Below, piece by piece: positions 25,851 through 39,186 of a stretch of DNA of 64,000 nt. How positions within the stretch are numbered: the stretch's first letter is position 1; every line of letters starts with the position of its first letter. Source of the DNA: Camelus ferus. Its lineage: Eukaryota. The notes under the pieces were generated by a model. The model was not told where the DNA came from. It saw only the letters and a list, made by a program, of their open reading frames with translations, and did not search any database. The stretch is taken from the NCBI RefSeq assembly GCF_009834535.1, contig NC_045696.1, forward strand, positions 41,418,001 through 41,482,000, given 5' to 3'. Made by a program: the position numbers and the translations under genes.

Positions 25851-26615
25851 ATATATTCTGTCTACAACCTAAATTTTGTGTTTTGATTCCCAGAGCATAT
25901 GGAGGAATTAACACCAAAAATGATCTGAAAGAAGCTCCTTTAGTTTATCTAGTTATCACCATCACATCCACTGCTAGGAGTATACTTTCTTCCTCTAAAC
26001 ACAAATTTAATTCAACCTTATAACAACTCCTCCATTTGCCAGAAAAGTCACTCAGTGACATTTCAGAAGTATATTTTTATGAGGACTGCATCATCAACTT
26101 CACAGGTGTTAGCTGCTTAGTATCTGCACATTTTGTTAAAGAAAAACTGTGTTTTGTCTTATGTTATCTCTTTTGTTTAAGAGATGATGACACCTGAGTC
26201 TTAAAAAGAAAGCAAGCTTCTATTTGGGGGGAATTTACTTTGCATACTGTTCCACATGGATCGACCACACTTGATGTACCACAGAGGAAATCAAGAGAGG
26301 AATCTAGGCATTGACTGGACTCGTATATACAGAAAATAAGATTCATGTTGGGTGCTGAGTGTGTACCTTGAGTCTTCATACCCTTACGATATTTATCTCA
26401 ACTCTCGGTGATTTCCTACAAACAACTCCAACTGTAGTGCCAGACAAATTGGCAGTTTGCCTACTGGGCACCTGTCACCAAAGACTGAATTCTGTGGGAA
26501 TTGGATGAGGTGTTAATGCTCAAACTGGTATATTTTCTGGAGTTTGATTTCCTGTATCCATAGTTCCACTATATCACTTACTAGCCATGTGACTTCAAGC
26601 AACTATTGGCCAATC

Positions 26616-27175
26616 TGTGGCGAGTAGACCCTAAGATAACCCCCAGTAATCCCCGTCTCCTGCTTCTGTGCAGTCCACCTGCATGACAGGACCCGGGAGT
26701 TGCTTCTATCCAGTAGACTATGGTGAAGGGCATGGGCTGTCACTTCTACTGACCAGGCTGCATAAGATTGTGATTTCCATCTTGTCTGCACACACGTCTA
26801 GGCTTATACACTTTGATGAAGTACTGACCATAATAGAGAGACCAGTCTGGCAAAGCACAGAGGTGACCCCTGGCCAATAGCCAGTTTGGAAATGAGGTCC
26901 CCAAACCAAGGACCCTGAAGGAATTGAATTCTACCAACAGCCAAAAGAACTTGAAAAAAAAGTAGAAAGAAAATAAGCCCTTCCTCGCTTGAGCCTTCAG
27001 ATGAGACCTGAATCTTGGCCAACATCTTTGTGGCAATCTTGTGAAAGACCCTGAAGGGGAGAACCCAGCTAAGCCAAACTCAGATGCCTCACCAACCGAA
27101 ACTGAAATAATAAATGTGTGTAGTTTTATACCACTAAGCTTGTCTTAATTTGTTATACAGCAATCAATAACTAAC
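26616..27175 (+). mobile_element. MLT1E/F-type solo LTR inserted into a MIR (~26550-26610 and 27180-27320)
   Basis: tgtgg...aagataacccccagtaatccccgtctcctg...aataataaatgtgtgtagttttataccactaag...tttgttatacagcaatcaataactaaca; MIR halves on either side. Confidence 0.85.
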
Positions 27176-30099
27176 ATATTCCTTAGGCTTAGTTCCTCAT
27201 CTGTGAAGTGGGCATAATAATATATATTTCATAGATATCAGGTTAAAATGAGATAGTTCATATAAGCACTTTGCATTAAACAGCCTGATACAGAGTAATA
27301 TGGTTAATTGTTATCATAGTCTTTAAATGTTATTTTAACAATGTATGTATGAAACCACTGGTTTTCTATTTTTGCCATGTTCATTGTTTGGCTGATACTA
27401 TTTACTTTTATCTTTTTATTTTACTATGCTAGTAACATCTCACATTAGATTATCTTACCAATTTTTAATTTTACATGTACACTTTTATTAAGTTCATCAG
27501 TTTACTTTCAATATTATCTCTCTTATACCTACTTTCATAAATAGCAATCAGGAATCAGGCAAAGGGGAAATCTTCTGAGGATGGTGAGCCAGATAGAATG
27601 GTGGCTCACATCTCTTTAATGGCCCTTCTTTCGTTAGACACTTCACTTTTGTCTTGGACACCTATTCTGTCAACTCACATTAACCTATAAAAACATTTTA
27701 ACTGTCTTTTCTATAGTACAGCATGGATGAATCACTCTATTCTCCAGTGCTACCCTGTACCCCATTAACTTTTGAGGGAGAGAGAAAGAGACTAAAATTC
27801 CTTAATATTCAGTATCTCATAGCCTGACGTAGTCTATAAGACTAAACTAAACTAGTAAACATATAATTAACACAGAGAAACCTTATTTTTAAGCACTGGA
27901 TTCTAAAAATGATAGTCTTACCATCAAAAAATTATACTTGATCAATTTTTACATTCCTAATACAGATTTCTCTTATCGCAGGGGCTGGATCTCATTCAGT
28001 TTTACCTAGTAGACACTCAATAAACAGTGCCTGAACAGACAAATCAATACAACTGCAAAAAAATTTTTAGAACTCTAAAAGATGCTAAAATAATTCTCCT
28101 GTGGTTTTCAAACTTGTTTTTGTTTAGCAGTGAAACCACTTTTCCCCAATAAACTCTTTAATACAGTCCTACAATAAATACATTACTCTAATAAAAGCAG
28201 AACCCTGCCCACCAGAGTTCTTGGCACTCCCCACAACCTCCCTGCCCTAAGATGGTAGAGACCCTCCCTGGCCCATTGCAAGTGTCAGCCACGCTTTGGA
28301 AAAATGAACAGGGGCACTGGAGTGATACCTTCTTGTTTTGACAAAGTAAGGTTAGGAGGATGGAGAATAAGAGATAGACCCCAAGTGTGTGGCTGGGAAA
28401 GTTTAGAGTAAGACACAAGAGCCCTCTACTCCAAAGGCAACCTTCTGTTTCTACTTTGTAACCAGCCTGGGGAATCAAGGCAGAGGGGGGCAAGGAAGAC
28501 ACATAGTTGCATCCTGTGCAGACTTCTCGGCCTTGGCTTCCCCTCTGAGTACTTTAACACCTGCTAAGCCCAGGCCCCTGGGGGCAGCCTGGGCTCTGGC
28601 CATGCAGTTTTCCCTACTGGGAAGAACCTTCCACTAACCTCCTCCTTGCCCCAGTGTCTATTTGTCCCCCAGGCTTCGACTTGGGTACCTTATCCTCTTG
28701 TAATTTTCAACCCCTCCAGTCTGAGTTGGGTCCTTCTGGTTCTTAAAGTTCTTTTGCTTTAGCCAAATCTGAGAATGATCTCACTCCATGGTAATTACAC
28801 CTTTACATCCCTGTCTCCTCCATCAACCAGAGAAGAGCTCCCTGAAGACACGTATCAAGCCGTGTCTTCCCAGCCTCAGTGCTCTGCATATCCCTGGAAT
28901 ATAGTTTGTTACTTGAACAAATTGACATATCTTTACGTAGAGCATGGAACTGAAATTACACAGAAATTAGTGGTATAGATTTTTGCCACTTGCTTGCTGT
29001 GTGAATTTGAGCAAACCACTTAAATACTCGGAAGCACAATTTTATACTCTGGAAACAGAGAGTTATAAAACACCAGCTTTATAGGGGAACTTCAATAATT
29101 TAATTCGTTTTCCACATTCAAAATATTTAGCCCTAAATTACCACAAACAATACGAGCTCAGAGAATGTCCTCTATAATTATAATGGTAAGAGTTATTAAT
29201 AGCTACGAGCGTTCTTGTTACTATTATCATCTGCCTGGGTTGTTTCATCCTTGGAATCAGAGATCTCTACGCTGCCAGGTGAGACCTGAGGCCAAAAGCC
29301 AGCTGCCTCTTCCCTCTGCACCGGCCAAGAATCGCAGCCAAGAGCCTCATGCCCTCGGGGCCATCAGATCACACTTGTATCTGGAATGTTCCTCTGTGGT
29401 TTCCCTGACCCCTACCTCAGGAGGACTGACAGAGCTGCTTAGAAATAGTAGCCTCTGCCTTCTGGCTGACTGCAACCTTCAGGACACCAGAGTTTCTGCA
29501 AAGAGGTGTGTCAGGCCCCTCATGTCCCATCAGAAGCTTTTGTGGTTCCTTTCACCACACATTGTTCTCTGTGGTTTTTATTTCAGCCTGGATGCCAGGA
29601 AGAGAAAAAAAAAAAAACAAAAAACAGTTCCATGGTGCCAAGAATAAAGAATCTGAGAGGTAGCTGGAGCACAGGGGCTTTTGAGGGTGTAAAACAACAC
29701 GGTGATTCTTCTCCAAGGCCTGTGTGTTATGGTCTAATTCTCCTCCCAAAACACAGGTTCGAGCAGCTCTCTCCTGGAGGGTCTAGGAGGCTTTACTAGT
29801 CCCCGCCGAAAAGCTGATCTTCAGACAAAGGTGCAGCTTTCCGTAGAAGAAAACAGCCTTTGAACTTGACAATCAAACGCTGGGTTGAGAGAGGTCAGGC
29901 TGGAAGACAGTAGAGGGCTTCTCTCATTGTCCTGTAGAGCAATGCTTAACTCCCGGGCCCCACCTTTCGCCAAGAATGTGCCACTTCATTTGTCAGCCTC
30001 CGAGAGGTTCGCAGGATGGTTTGGACACAAGATCACATATTATTCGGTGTGCACATTTTTTCAGTATTGACTCACCTTTCTGTGACTCGCTAAAGATTT

Positions 30100-30260
30100 T
30101 CTGAATACTTGTTATATGTCAGAGCCTTTACTAAAAGCTTTGCACCTTTTATCTCATTTAATCCTCATATGCAATGAGAGAGTTATCATGATTTCCATTT
30201 TACAGATGAGAAAACTGAGGCTTAGCAAAGGTAATTGATTTCCCAAAGAACATAGTCATG
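30100..30260 (-). mobile_element. MIR SINE
   Basis: atctcatttaatcctca...ccattttacagatgagaaaactgaggcttag is the MIR core in reverse. Confidence 0.85.
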
Positions 30261-30519
30261 AAGGGGTAGGGAGGAGAAGTTCATTAACAATTGTTAAAAC
30301 TTTATACTAAACTTTTAAAAAGTAAGAAAGACTCTTCCAGGATCTTGTTTTCTGTACCAAAGTATGTGGTTATGTATGCAAATAGGTGTGAGACATGTAA
30401 CAAGAGATTTCTTATTTAAGAAAAAATTTCCTTTTCCTATAAATAGCTAGCTATATTGATCAACTACACACACATACACACACACAGAGTAAATACGTTC
30501 TGTGGAAAATGTGAAGATT

Positions 30520-30569
30520 AAGATAATGTTTATGATCTTTACAAGATAATGTTTATGATCTTTACAAGA
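30520..30569. repeat. 23-bp perfect tandem duplication
   Basis: aagataatgtttatgatctttac x2 plus aaga. Confidence 0.95.
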
Positions 30570-31149
30570 AACCATTTTATTCAAGGGAAGGGTAGCATTC
30601 ACATGTTTACTCCAGAACATAACTCCTAAGATTTAGTTCAAAACAGGGCAGAACACAGATTTCAAGTCAGGAACCTGGGATCCACATCCCTGGCTCTGTC
30701 ATCAATGTGGGGAAGTTAACTAAATCTCTCTGCCTTAGGTTGTCTTCATTTGTAAAATAAATGATTACGTTGGTCGGTGGTTTCCCAAATATTGGCTTAT
30801 TACGGGGTTTTCATTAATCTGTCGTGAAATTAGAAAAATAAAAACAATGGACTTATTTGTATAAATTGATTTGTTTTATAAATCTGTTGCATTGGCTAGC
30901 TTTTATGAGCAACGTGGAATTTCCCCTCCTTCGAACATTCGCACATGGCATAATTCACGTATATCCTCTATAATGGCAACCTAATATTAAAAATATATGT
31001 GTATTTTTATGAGTCCATAAATCCAAAGTTCTTGGAACCACTAGACGAGGTGACCATTTGTCCTTTCTGGCTCCAAAATTCTATCCTCGTCTTAAATGAC
31101 AAATGATATTTAACTAACTCTAAAGTAGGAAGGAAAAAGAAAAGCAAAT

Positions 31150-31292
31150 CTTTTTTTTTTTTAATTTATTAGATTTTGCAGTGGGGAGGTAATTAGGTTT
31201 ATTTATTTACTTTTTATGGAAGTACTGGGGATTGAACCCAGGACCTCGTGCATGCTAAGCACGCACTCCACCACTCATTTATACCCACCCTC
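31150..31292 (-). mobile_element. Vic-1-type SINE
   Basis: Poly-T then ggggaggtaattaggtttatttatt...gtactggggattgaacccaggacctcgtgcatgctaagcacgcactc. Confidence 0.9.
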
Positions 31293-34159
31293 AGAAAAAC
31301 CTTTCATCTCTTTTTCTCTAATTTAGTTCAGTATTTCCCCAAATGTGCTCTGTGAAAGATAAGCCCCTGGCAAGATATGATAGCTATTCCACTAGAAAAA
31401 GGATTCTTAGTCAAATGAGTTTGAGAAACAATGTGTTTAAAAAGTGGGGTAAGTTCCTCTACAGAGAAATTTTCAGAGCCTGTCAAGTCCTAAAGCCTGT
31501 TGTGACTTCCCCGAAACAGAAAAATACATGAATGCTCCCAGAGTAACTGACGGGAGGAGAGACAGACGCCTAGCCCAAACCTTTACTGAGGACACATACC
31601 TATTCCTGGAATGCAGTTTAAGAAAGTGACTTCATCTAAAAGAAAGTTCCTCAGTATCTTCCATAAAAGAAAAAAAGATAGCCTTAGAGACAAGGAGATT
31701 TGACACTTATTTTATGGCATAATTATTTTAATGTGACAGGGATGGGGTTTTTTTTTTCCAAATTATTAAACCTATGGATTTTTTTTTTAATTGCAAAAGA
31801 AATCTGGATGGAAATACTTCAGATTAAAGTGCAATGAACAAGACAAAAGTTTGAGGGCTCTTTTTGACAACTTCATTTTTTTTTTCACCAGAACAAATAA
31901 AGGGAACTTGTGTCAAGAGATTTGTATCTAATGATTGCAACACGATAATCAAAGCATTTGGAATTTGCAGAAGTCTGCAGTAACAAAATTAAGACTATCA
32001 TCTGTACACAGTAAATATGAGGCAAAATAAAACCATCTGTAGATACTAAGTCTGAGAGAACCTCCAGACTTCTCTCAGATGGTGGGTCCTTGTTAAATAT
32101 TGCAGCGGTGGGAAGAATTAATTCTCAATAGCTGTGGCTCGTTATTGAGTTACTTGAACACTTTTACTATGATCAAGAAACAAAATTCTTGATAGAAGCG
32201 AAAGATCTAATAGTGTGCATTTTTTTGCATAATTATCTTATTAGAGTAGAGGAGGTTTACTCGGCCTTTTTTTTTTTAATTGCTTTTTATATCATCATGT
32301 GAAATATCAGCTAGCCAAACCCTTCAGCCTTCACACTCTGGATTCAAGTTTCACTTAACACACGGAGGAGAGAACAGTTTTCACTTGGGACAAGATGATC
32401 TTGGAGCAAACTATGCAGTGGGAGCACCTAGCAGGATCTTTTGGATATCGTGACACGAACAATCTTTCTTTCTGACCCTATGCACACCAGGTTTTTGACA
32501 AGCCTGCGGCTCTGAAATGCCTCTGATATTTCCCATCAAAACTGTACGGTAAATTCCAGTCTGTTTTTCATAATCCTGCTGACTACAGCAGCCTGCAACC
32601 ATAAAAAGCCTTCACAGACCTGAAGTTGGCTTAGAAAAGTGTCTTAGCAAAAGAACAAAAAAATACATGCAACATTCTATTCAAAGATCCGAGAGAGGCA
32701 AGCTCTCCTTTGGGTGCTGATGGGCTCAAGAGATTGTTCTTAGGGCCTAAATTAAGAAATTTTGATTTTCTTCTGATGACATTTATAAACAAAATACCAA
32801 CACTAAAATGAGAGCAATTTAGCCAGGAAAAGGGGGAGTGTCGTGTCCATCAAATTAATCCCTCTTCCAAACTCTGCGGGAGAGAAGTGCCTACAAATCA
32901 GCACATGACCATACTTCGGTGCACCCTGCCTAGAACCCTTCAGCCTCCAAGTTAACAGGTATGTGTGAGGTTTACACAATAGATTCAAGGTTTCAAATTA
33001 GCTTCTTTTAAGCCTTAAGCTACCACTGGTTTAGTCTCTGAGGAGGGGGATAAAAGCACCAAACAACTCTTTTCAACAGACTACAACACCCATCTATACA
33101 GTATGATTCAATTTACAAACATTTGAAACAATACCATTCAATCTATCGTGCACAACTGCTAAGCCCAGTTAAGTTGGTTTTCATTTTCGCAACAAAGAGA
33201 CCCACTTGAAAAGTAAATAGCAGAGGTGGGGGAAGAAAGGAAAAGTTTAAGCTATCTCTCCACACCTTTGAACTTTGATCCTCCGAGAATAATTCTGTTC
33301 CCCCAACCTGGTAAAGCAGATCACATGTAACATCAACATTTAAAAACTAGTCTCTCTTAAAGATTAGTTTTAAAACACAAAACATCAGAGCTACTTGCCT
33401 TTTGGCAATTTCTGTGCATTTCCCAGGGCTAGTGCAATACTTCCACAGAGGAGTAGACACCCCAGGCTGGACAGCATGTTGCATTTGCCACCTCACACGG
33501 GGAGTGATGCTGGTGGGTGTCCTGCAACCCTGGAGCTGCATTTAAGTGGACGGTCTCCCAGTGACAGAGGCGGGCGGCTGCACTTAGCTGTGCTGTGGGC
33601 TTACTCACAGGGGGTGGAGACAAAATGACATCACACCCTTTCCCACACACACCAAAAAGAAAAAGAAAAAAAAAAGCACAACAGCAAAAACATATCATCA
33701 CATTTCCTGCTAGGTTCTAACTGTCTCTTCTCTTCCCTCTGTGATATATAAATTAAATTACGGCCAATTTCTATTTGTGAAAGTAAAAGGATTTAGGCAA
33801 TTTTGAAACATTTGATGGACTGTTTTTACAACTCCAGAAAAGACAGACTTAAAACCATTGGAATGTTAAAAATATAAAATGAAACCTTATTAGGAAGGAC
33901 ACTGTTTTTAATTATCTAGTAAACCAATCCAATTCTTCTTTCAAATGGGAGTAAATGCATAAAAATTCACTTTGAACTGTTCTGAAGTTCCAATACCATG
34001 AGAAACTTTTAAGAGTAAGTCATTGGCTCCAAACTATTCATTATATATAATACATATGTGCACACATAGATACGCACAGATATATACATACAGATAGTCT
34101 GCAGATACGGATGTGGAGGTAGAGAGAAACCTCTGTCACTAGTCCATCCCCAGCTCTGG

Positions 34160-34650
34160 GACAGGTTCTGTAAGAGTGTCTTTATCTACATTACTGCAGT
34201 TTAGTCCTCACAGCAACTACACAGGAGGACTTACATTGTTATCCCCACTTCACCAGTGAGAAAAACTAAGCCTCAGAGAGGTTAGGTGCCCTGATCAAGC
34301 TAGTGTGTTCTCATGGGTAATAATTTGGATGGGCTTGGAATAGAGGTGACTGGGTGTTAATTTGGATGCTATGTGCCTTTGAACAAATTTCTCCATCTAG
34401 ATCTCATTAACATGGGTTACATTTAAGTGTTTGCTCCATGCCAGGCACTGATCTGATCAATTCGCATATATTCATATTTATTCTTCAAAATAACCTAGGA
34501 GACAGGCATTGTCATCACCCCCATTTACAGACAGAGGAACTGGGTGTGGAGAAGTTCAGTGAAAAGTTCAAGGTCACAGGGCTAGTAAGCAACAGAGCAT
34601 TTTAATTTCAATCAGACAGTTGAACGCAGAGCTTCCAGTCTTCATTAGTA
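34160..34650 (-). mobile_element. Two degenerate MIR SINEs
   Basis: tcctcacagcaac...atccccacttcaccagtgagaaaaactaagcctcagagaggttagg; and ccccatttacagacagaggaactg...caaggtcacagggctagtaag. Confidence 0.7.
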
Positions 34651-35169
34651 AACTCTAAATTCAAAAATAAGATGATGGTACCAATTTCATAAATTTGCTA
34701 GCAGGATTTTGGGACAGTACTTATCACAGCACCTGACACACAGGACGCATCTAATAAATGACAATCACTGAAAACAACAAAAAATAATGACAATCCTAAC
34801 CTGCCCCAATTAAGCAGAACTATGGTTCTACCCCAGTACACCCCCCTCCAGAGCCCGTCTGTGTCCTCTCCCTCCGCATCACACTCCCCCAACACGGGCA
34901 TTGCTGGAATGACCGAGTTAATCAAGTACTTTCAACATCGTTGGTACATTTATATCAACTCCTTAAAAATAGTTTATTTCATGAGGGTGCTGTAGCTGAA
35001 CCAAAACAGTAAAAGGGAATTGGAATGATGGTGGTCAAATGAAATTCTAGTCAAAAAACTTAGTAAAAAGAAAAAAAGTAAAATTGAAGAGACAGCCCCG
35101 TCTTCCAAATAAAGCGTGAGAAGGCACACTGTGAAAGTCACTTGGAGCGGGCCCACACTTAGCGCTCAC

Positions 35170-35400
35170 GCAGGAACACCCTGGCACCGGCTCCGGGGGG
35201 ATCGGGTTGTTTAACAGGTCCTTTTCGTCTCTAATTTTTCACTTGAATAGGCAGCTCTCTCCAACCCGCGTTTGGACCTCTGTCCAGCTGGCACTGCGGA
35301 TTCTGCTTCTACACCTACTGCCATCAATTAAGCCAGTGAGGTCACTGCGCTCTCAGGAAATGACAGCTTGTTTTGTAGTTTGTTTTTTTTTTTCTTGAGG
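35170..35400 (-). promoter_or_regulatory. Candidate alternative promoter / first exon of the minus-strand host gene
   Basis: Locally CpG-enriched, repeat-free sequence ending in donor TGC|GTGAGC at 35170/35169. Inference only. Confidence 0.35.
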
Positions 35401-36144
35401 GGGTAAAAAAAGAACAGAAATATTGGGGGGAAAAAAAAGGCTAGTTCTTCAAAACCCTGTGAGGGGCTGTTCCAAGGGTTAGGTAGGGGGATTCAGGAAT
35501 CAGCCTCTGCCTGGCCTGCGGGCCACCTCAGGCCTACATTAGCCATTGCTATTTCTAGATTGGAACTGATTGGGAGCTAATTAAATCCAGGGCGGTCTCT
35601 GAGGAGGATTTTGTCAGAAAAAGGTGATTGCATTACTTAGGTAGTAGGACAGTGAACATTTAGTGAAGACAGCGAAAGTGCAGAGCTCTCCTCAGATCTG
35701 GGAGGAGGCACGTCCTGAAGAAACAAGTCACATCAGAGGAGCCATTTCACCTTCTCAACAAACTAAAAGTTTTCTGTCGCGCTGGAGCCCCTCCCCAACA
35801 GGAAGCAGACACACCCTCCTGAAGGCGTGTGAGGGCCCTGCTCTTGGAAGAAGACATCAGGGCTGTGGTCACGTAACCACTGGAGGACTTAAGCCGTATT
35901 TAAGGAAGCATTACCTTCCAACCATGGGACCTTGGAGGTGGTGACACTGCAGGAGTTTGCACGCCACCCTCAGGTTTCCCTAGAGAACGTGGACCCTGGG
36001 TCCTGGTTCAGATGCCTCTGCAGGCACTTGTGTCTGTATTTTTCTGGAAACACAAAAATGTGAAGCTCCGTTACTTGTGAGGTTGTAGAATATCACACTG
36101 TCACCAGTACCTGTGGGAAACCTTGTTTTGCACATTTATACAAA

Positions 36145-36405
36145 GCCCATAAGACTGTATACCACCAAGAGTGAACCCTAATGTAAAACATGAACTCTGG
36201 AGGGTGACAATGCGTCATTATAGGCTCATCGGTCACGACAAACAGTAACAAACGCTGGCAGGGGGTGCTGGCAACGGGTGGGCTGGGGATACATGGCATA
36301 TCTCTGCATGTGTGGGGGCAGGGGGAAGGTATACAGGAAATCTAAATGCCTGCTGCTCAGTTTTGCTGTGAACTTAAAAACTGCTCTGAAAAATAAAGTT
36401 TATTA
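36145..36405 (+). mobile_element. Ancient L1MB/MC 3' end
   Basis: caccaagagtgaaccctaatgtaaa...ctcagttttgctgtgaacttaaaaactgctctgaaaaataaagt. Confidence 0.85.
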
Positions 36406-38133
36406 CCAAAATATCCTTAGGAAGAACACTTAGGAAAAGCTTCTGGAGAAACACAGAAACTACATTTGCGTTCTCTCCGTTCTGTGAAGGCAGGGGACCA
36501 TGACAGTTTTGTCGATCACCAGACCCAGTAACAAGACTAAGAAGGCAGTATGTCAAGATGAATAAGGGACACATGAAGCAGAATCCATCGATTCCTCCTC
36601 ATGGTCTAAAGGTATCAAGCCAGAGAAAGCTAGACTGTGACTTGGAATGTACAGTTGTTGGTGGGGGAGTACCTCCCATTTCTGGATGTCCTACGAGCAT
36701 GATTCTCTGTGCTCCAGACTATCTTTGCAATGATGTTTGCAGAGCAAACAGCCTTGGAAGATGGGATTTTGTTTACTGACCCATATGATAAAGGGAACAC
36801 GTGCTTACTGCCTATTATCAAAGATTCAGGTTCCTTAAGCTCAGGGCTTCTTTCTTATAATACAACCTGTGGCACGTGTAGGTATCACCTGTACCTCCTT
36901 GTGTGGGCTTGCGGGAGCTGGGGCTCCTAGAATGAGCACAAATGCTGATATTCAGGCTACGACTATTGCTGGGAGTCAATACGCTCACTGTCCTTTGTCT
37001 TTTGACTCAGCATCCTTGGTTCTCCTGCCAGCATCTGGGAGCTGTGCATGTTAGCTTGTACATATGGTAAAATCTCAACCCTTCACAGTGCTGGACTTCA
37101 GGGTTGAGCCACTTCATAACATTGTACTAGGTAATCTTTGGTATAGTGCCACCACCTACATTCAAGTCTACGGTAAGCTGCCACGACACTCTATTGTGCT
37201 TAAGAGTGCTGCTGTCCTTGCTTGTTAAATCATATAGTACCCTCTTTAGAAAAACTCTGGGGAAAAAACTTCTGCTCTCCATGTCAAAAAAAAAAAAAAA
37301 TATATATATATATAATGCTTTTTTGGGCAACTGCCTTTATTTTGTGACACTGTTCTCTTTCTGTGCTGACTGCTGGAAGACCAGAACCAAATGTGTTCCC
37401 CACCCATACTAAGTGCATACAGGTCTTTGCAATGTGCATGTTTTGGCATCACTCTTGGCTTTTTTTTTTTATCCCCACCTTTTTTGCTTGCTTATTTTGC
37501 AAGTTTTTATGTGGTTTTGTGAGTTGCTTTCACTTTTTTCTGGAACAAGGTGAGGTAATAAACAAACTCCATACACAGGAGTTGTGTCAAAAACACATGT
37601 CAAGATAGGCAAAGTGGGAACCTGGGGACGCTCTGTCTGCTTTCCTTTTCTCCACGGTAGAAGACCCTGATGGAACTCTGGTACAACAGTTGTATAGCAT
37701 CATTTCTTTAGTTGTATTTTCTCTTTGAGAAAGTGGGTAAAAGGCAGGAGGATGACCAGAACACTACTCTAAATAAGTGTCATAGTTTTTGGTTGTTTTT
37801 GGCTTTGTAACTATTCAACATTAATTCCATTATTTCAAATGAGACGTCCACCAAAACTCGTAAATCTTTCAAATTCTGCACGTAAACTCTGGGCAATCAT
37901 TTTACCCATTTGTTTACACTTTTGAGACTCTCATACACAGTGTTCTATGCTAGGAGATTTTTTAACGGCTTACGTATCTACGACAAATAAAATGCAAAGA
38001 TCTGTTGTGGTTTTCTAGGGGATGCTAATAAAAATCATTTTTATTATGACTCATATTTGAAATGGGAAACCGAGTGTTCCATGTTTTCAGCCCAAACATT
38101 GTTTTCGTAATTGCCGTACAGAATGAGACTTAC

Positions 38134-38285
38134 GGTCCAACTGGAGGAGGATCTTGCTCCAGTGGGGGTACTTTTGACCGGAGCATGAAGTTCTTTTCCA
38201 CAATGCTTTTTATAGCAAGGGAGGTACCACCCTTTAAATGCCTAAGTGATGTCTGTGGGTCATTCTTCAGTCGGTTGAAAAGCAT
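38134..38285 (-). CDS. Candidate alternative first coding exon of an unidentified gene: MLFNRLKNDPQTSLRHLKGGTSLAIKSIVEKNFMLRSKVPPLEQDPPPVG, phase-2 end
   Basis: ATG with A at -3 and an in-frame upstream stop; 50 open codons plus 2 nt; consensus donor GTAAGT at 38133-38128; non-repeat DNA. Confidence 0.5.
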
Positions 38286-39186
38286 CTTGACTCTAGATTT
38301 TTGGCTTCATAACTTTGAAAGAATTAGCAACTTGTAGTTTATAAAAGACTGTAAAGAGTTTTTTCTTTCTATTAAGCTGGAAAAACAGGCTTCTTTAAGA
38401 CCTAAGTTGCACATCTCTGAGCTGTCAAGTCTGCCTTCCTTGTTCTGTCTAAATTCTGCTTTCTTTGGGGAAGTGCTGAGTGCAGAGCTGGGCTTGTGCA
38501 GATAAAGGGAATATCTCTTGTTTAGGGTTCAAATGATGTAAAAATTGAAGGAGTCAAGTGCTGAATGGGGAATATAAGTTACTAAACCAGAGAAGGAGGA
38601 TGTGCCAGAGGCGGGTTCCGAAAGTAGAGTACAGCATTAGGGAGTTCAGGAGCATGAGGAATGTAAGGAGGCAGCGGTAGGTAGGGCACGTGGGATGGTG
38701 GTCCTGGGAACACATCGTAGACGGAGGCTTTTGCCAGCAGCCTGACTTTACACATTATTGCATGTGGTACACGGGAGACCCACTGTGTACTAATGGCTGG
38801 GATGAAACAGCCGTGATCATGGCCTCCTAAACTCTGTTTTCACTTGTTGTTTAATGGCAGGGACACGTCTCTGGATACTTCCCAACTTTATTGCACTGTT
38901 TTGAAGTGTGACAACCAGGCTGCAAGCAGAATTAATTAAATGCTTAAAAGATACTGCAAAATTGATGTTGAGAATTACATTGTGGAATAATGTCTCTAAT
39001 GAGAAAATAAATGAAATAAAGAAATGAAAAAGAAGGACCCCTTTGAAGGCAATTTAAGGGCACATCTCCTTCTTAGGATAGGCATTTGTGGGTCCTTTTC
39101 ACCATAGCTACCACTGAAATAAATTATAAGACAGTATTCCAAAGGGAAGGACACATTCTAAATATCCAATCAGAAAAATACACCCT

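Noticed and set aside
32051..32079. Inverted repeat tctgagagaa / ttctctcaga
   Set aside because: Short stem within chance expectation; no other supporting feature.
32411..32602. 63-aa minus-strand ORF as a host exon
   Set aside because: No convincing flanking splice sites and no recognisable homology.
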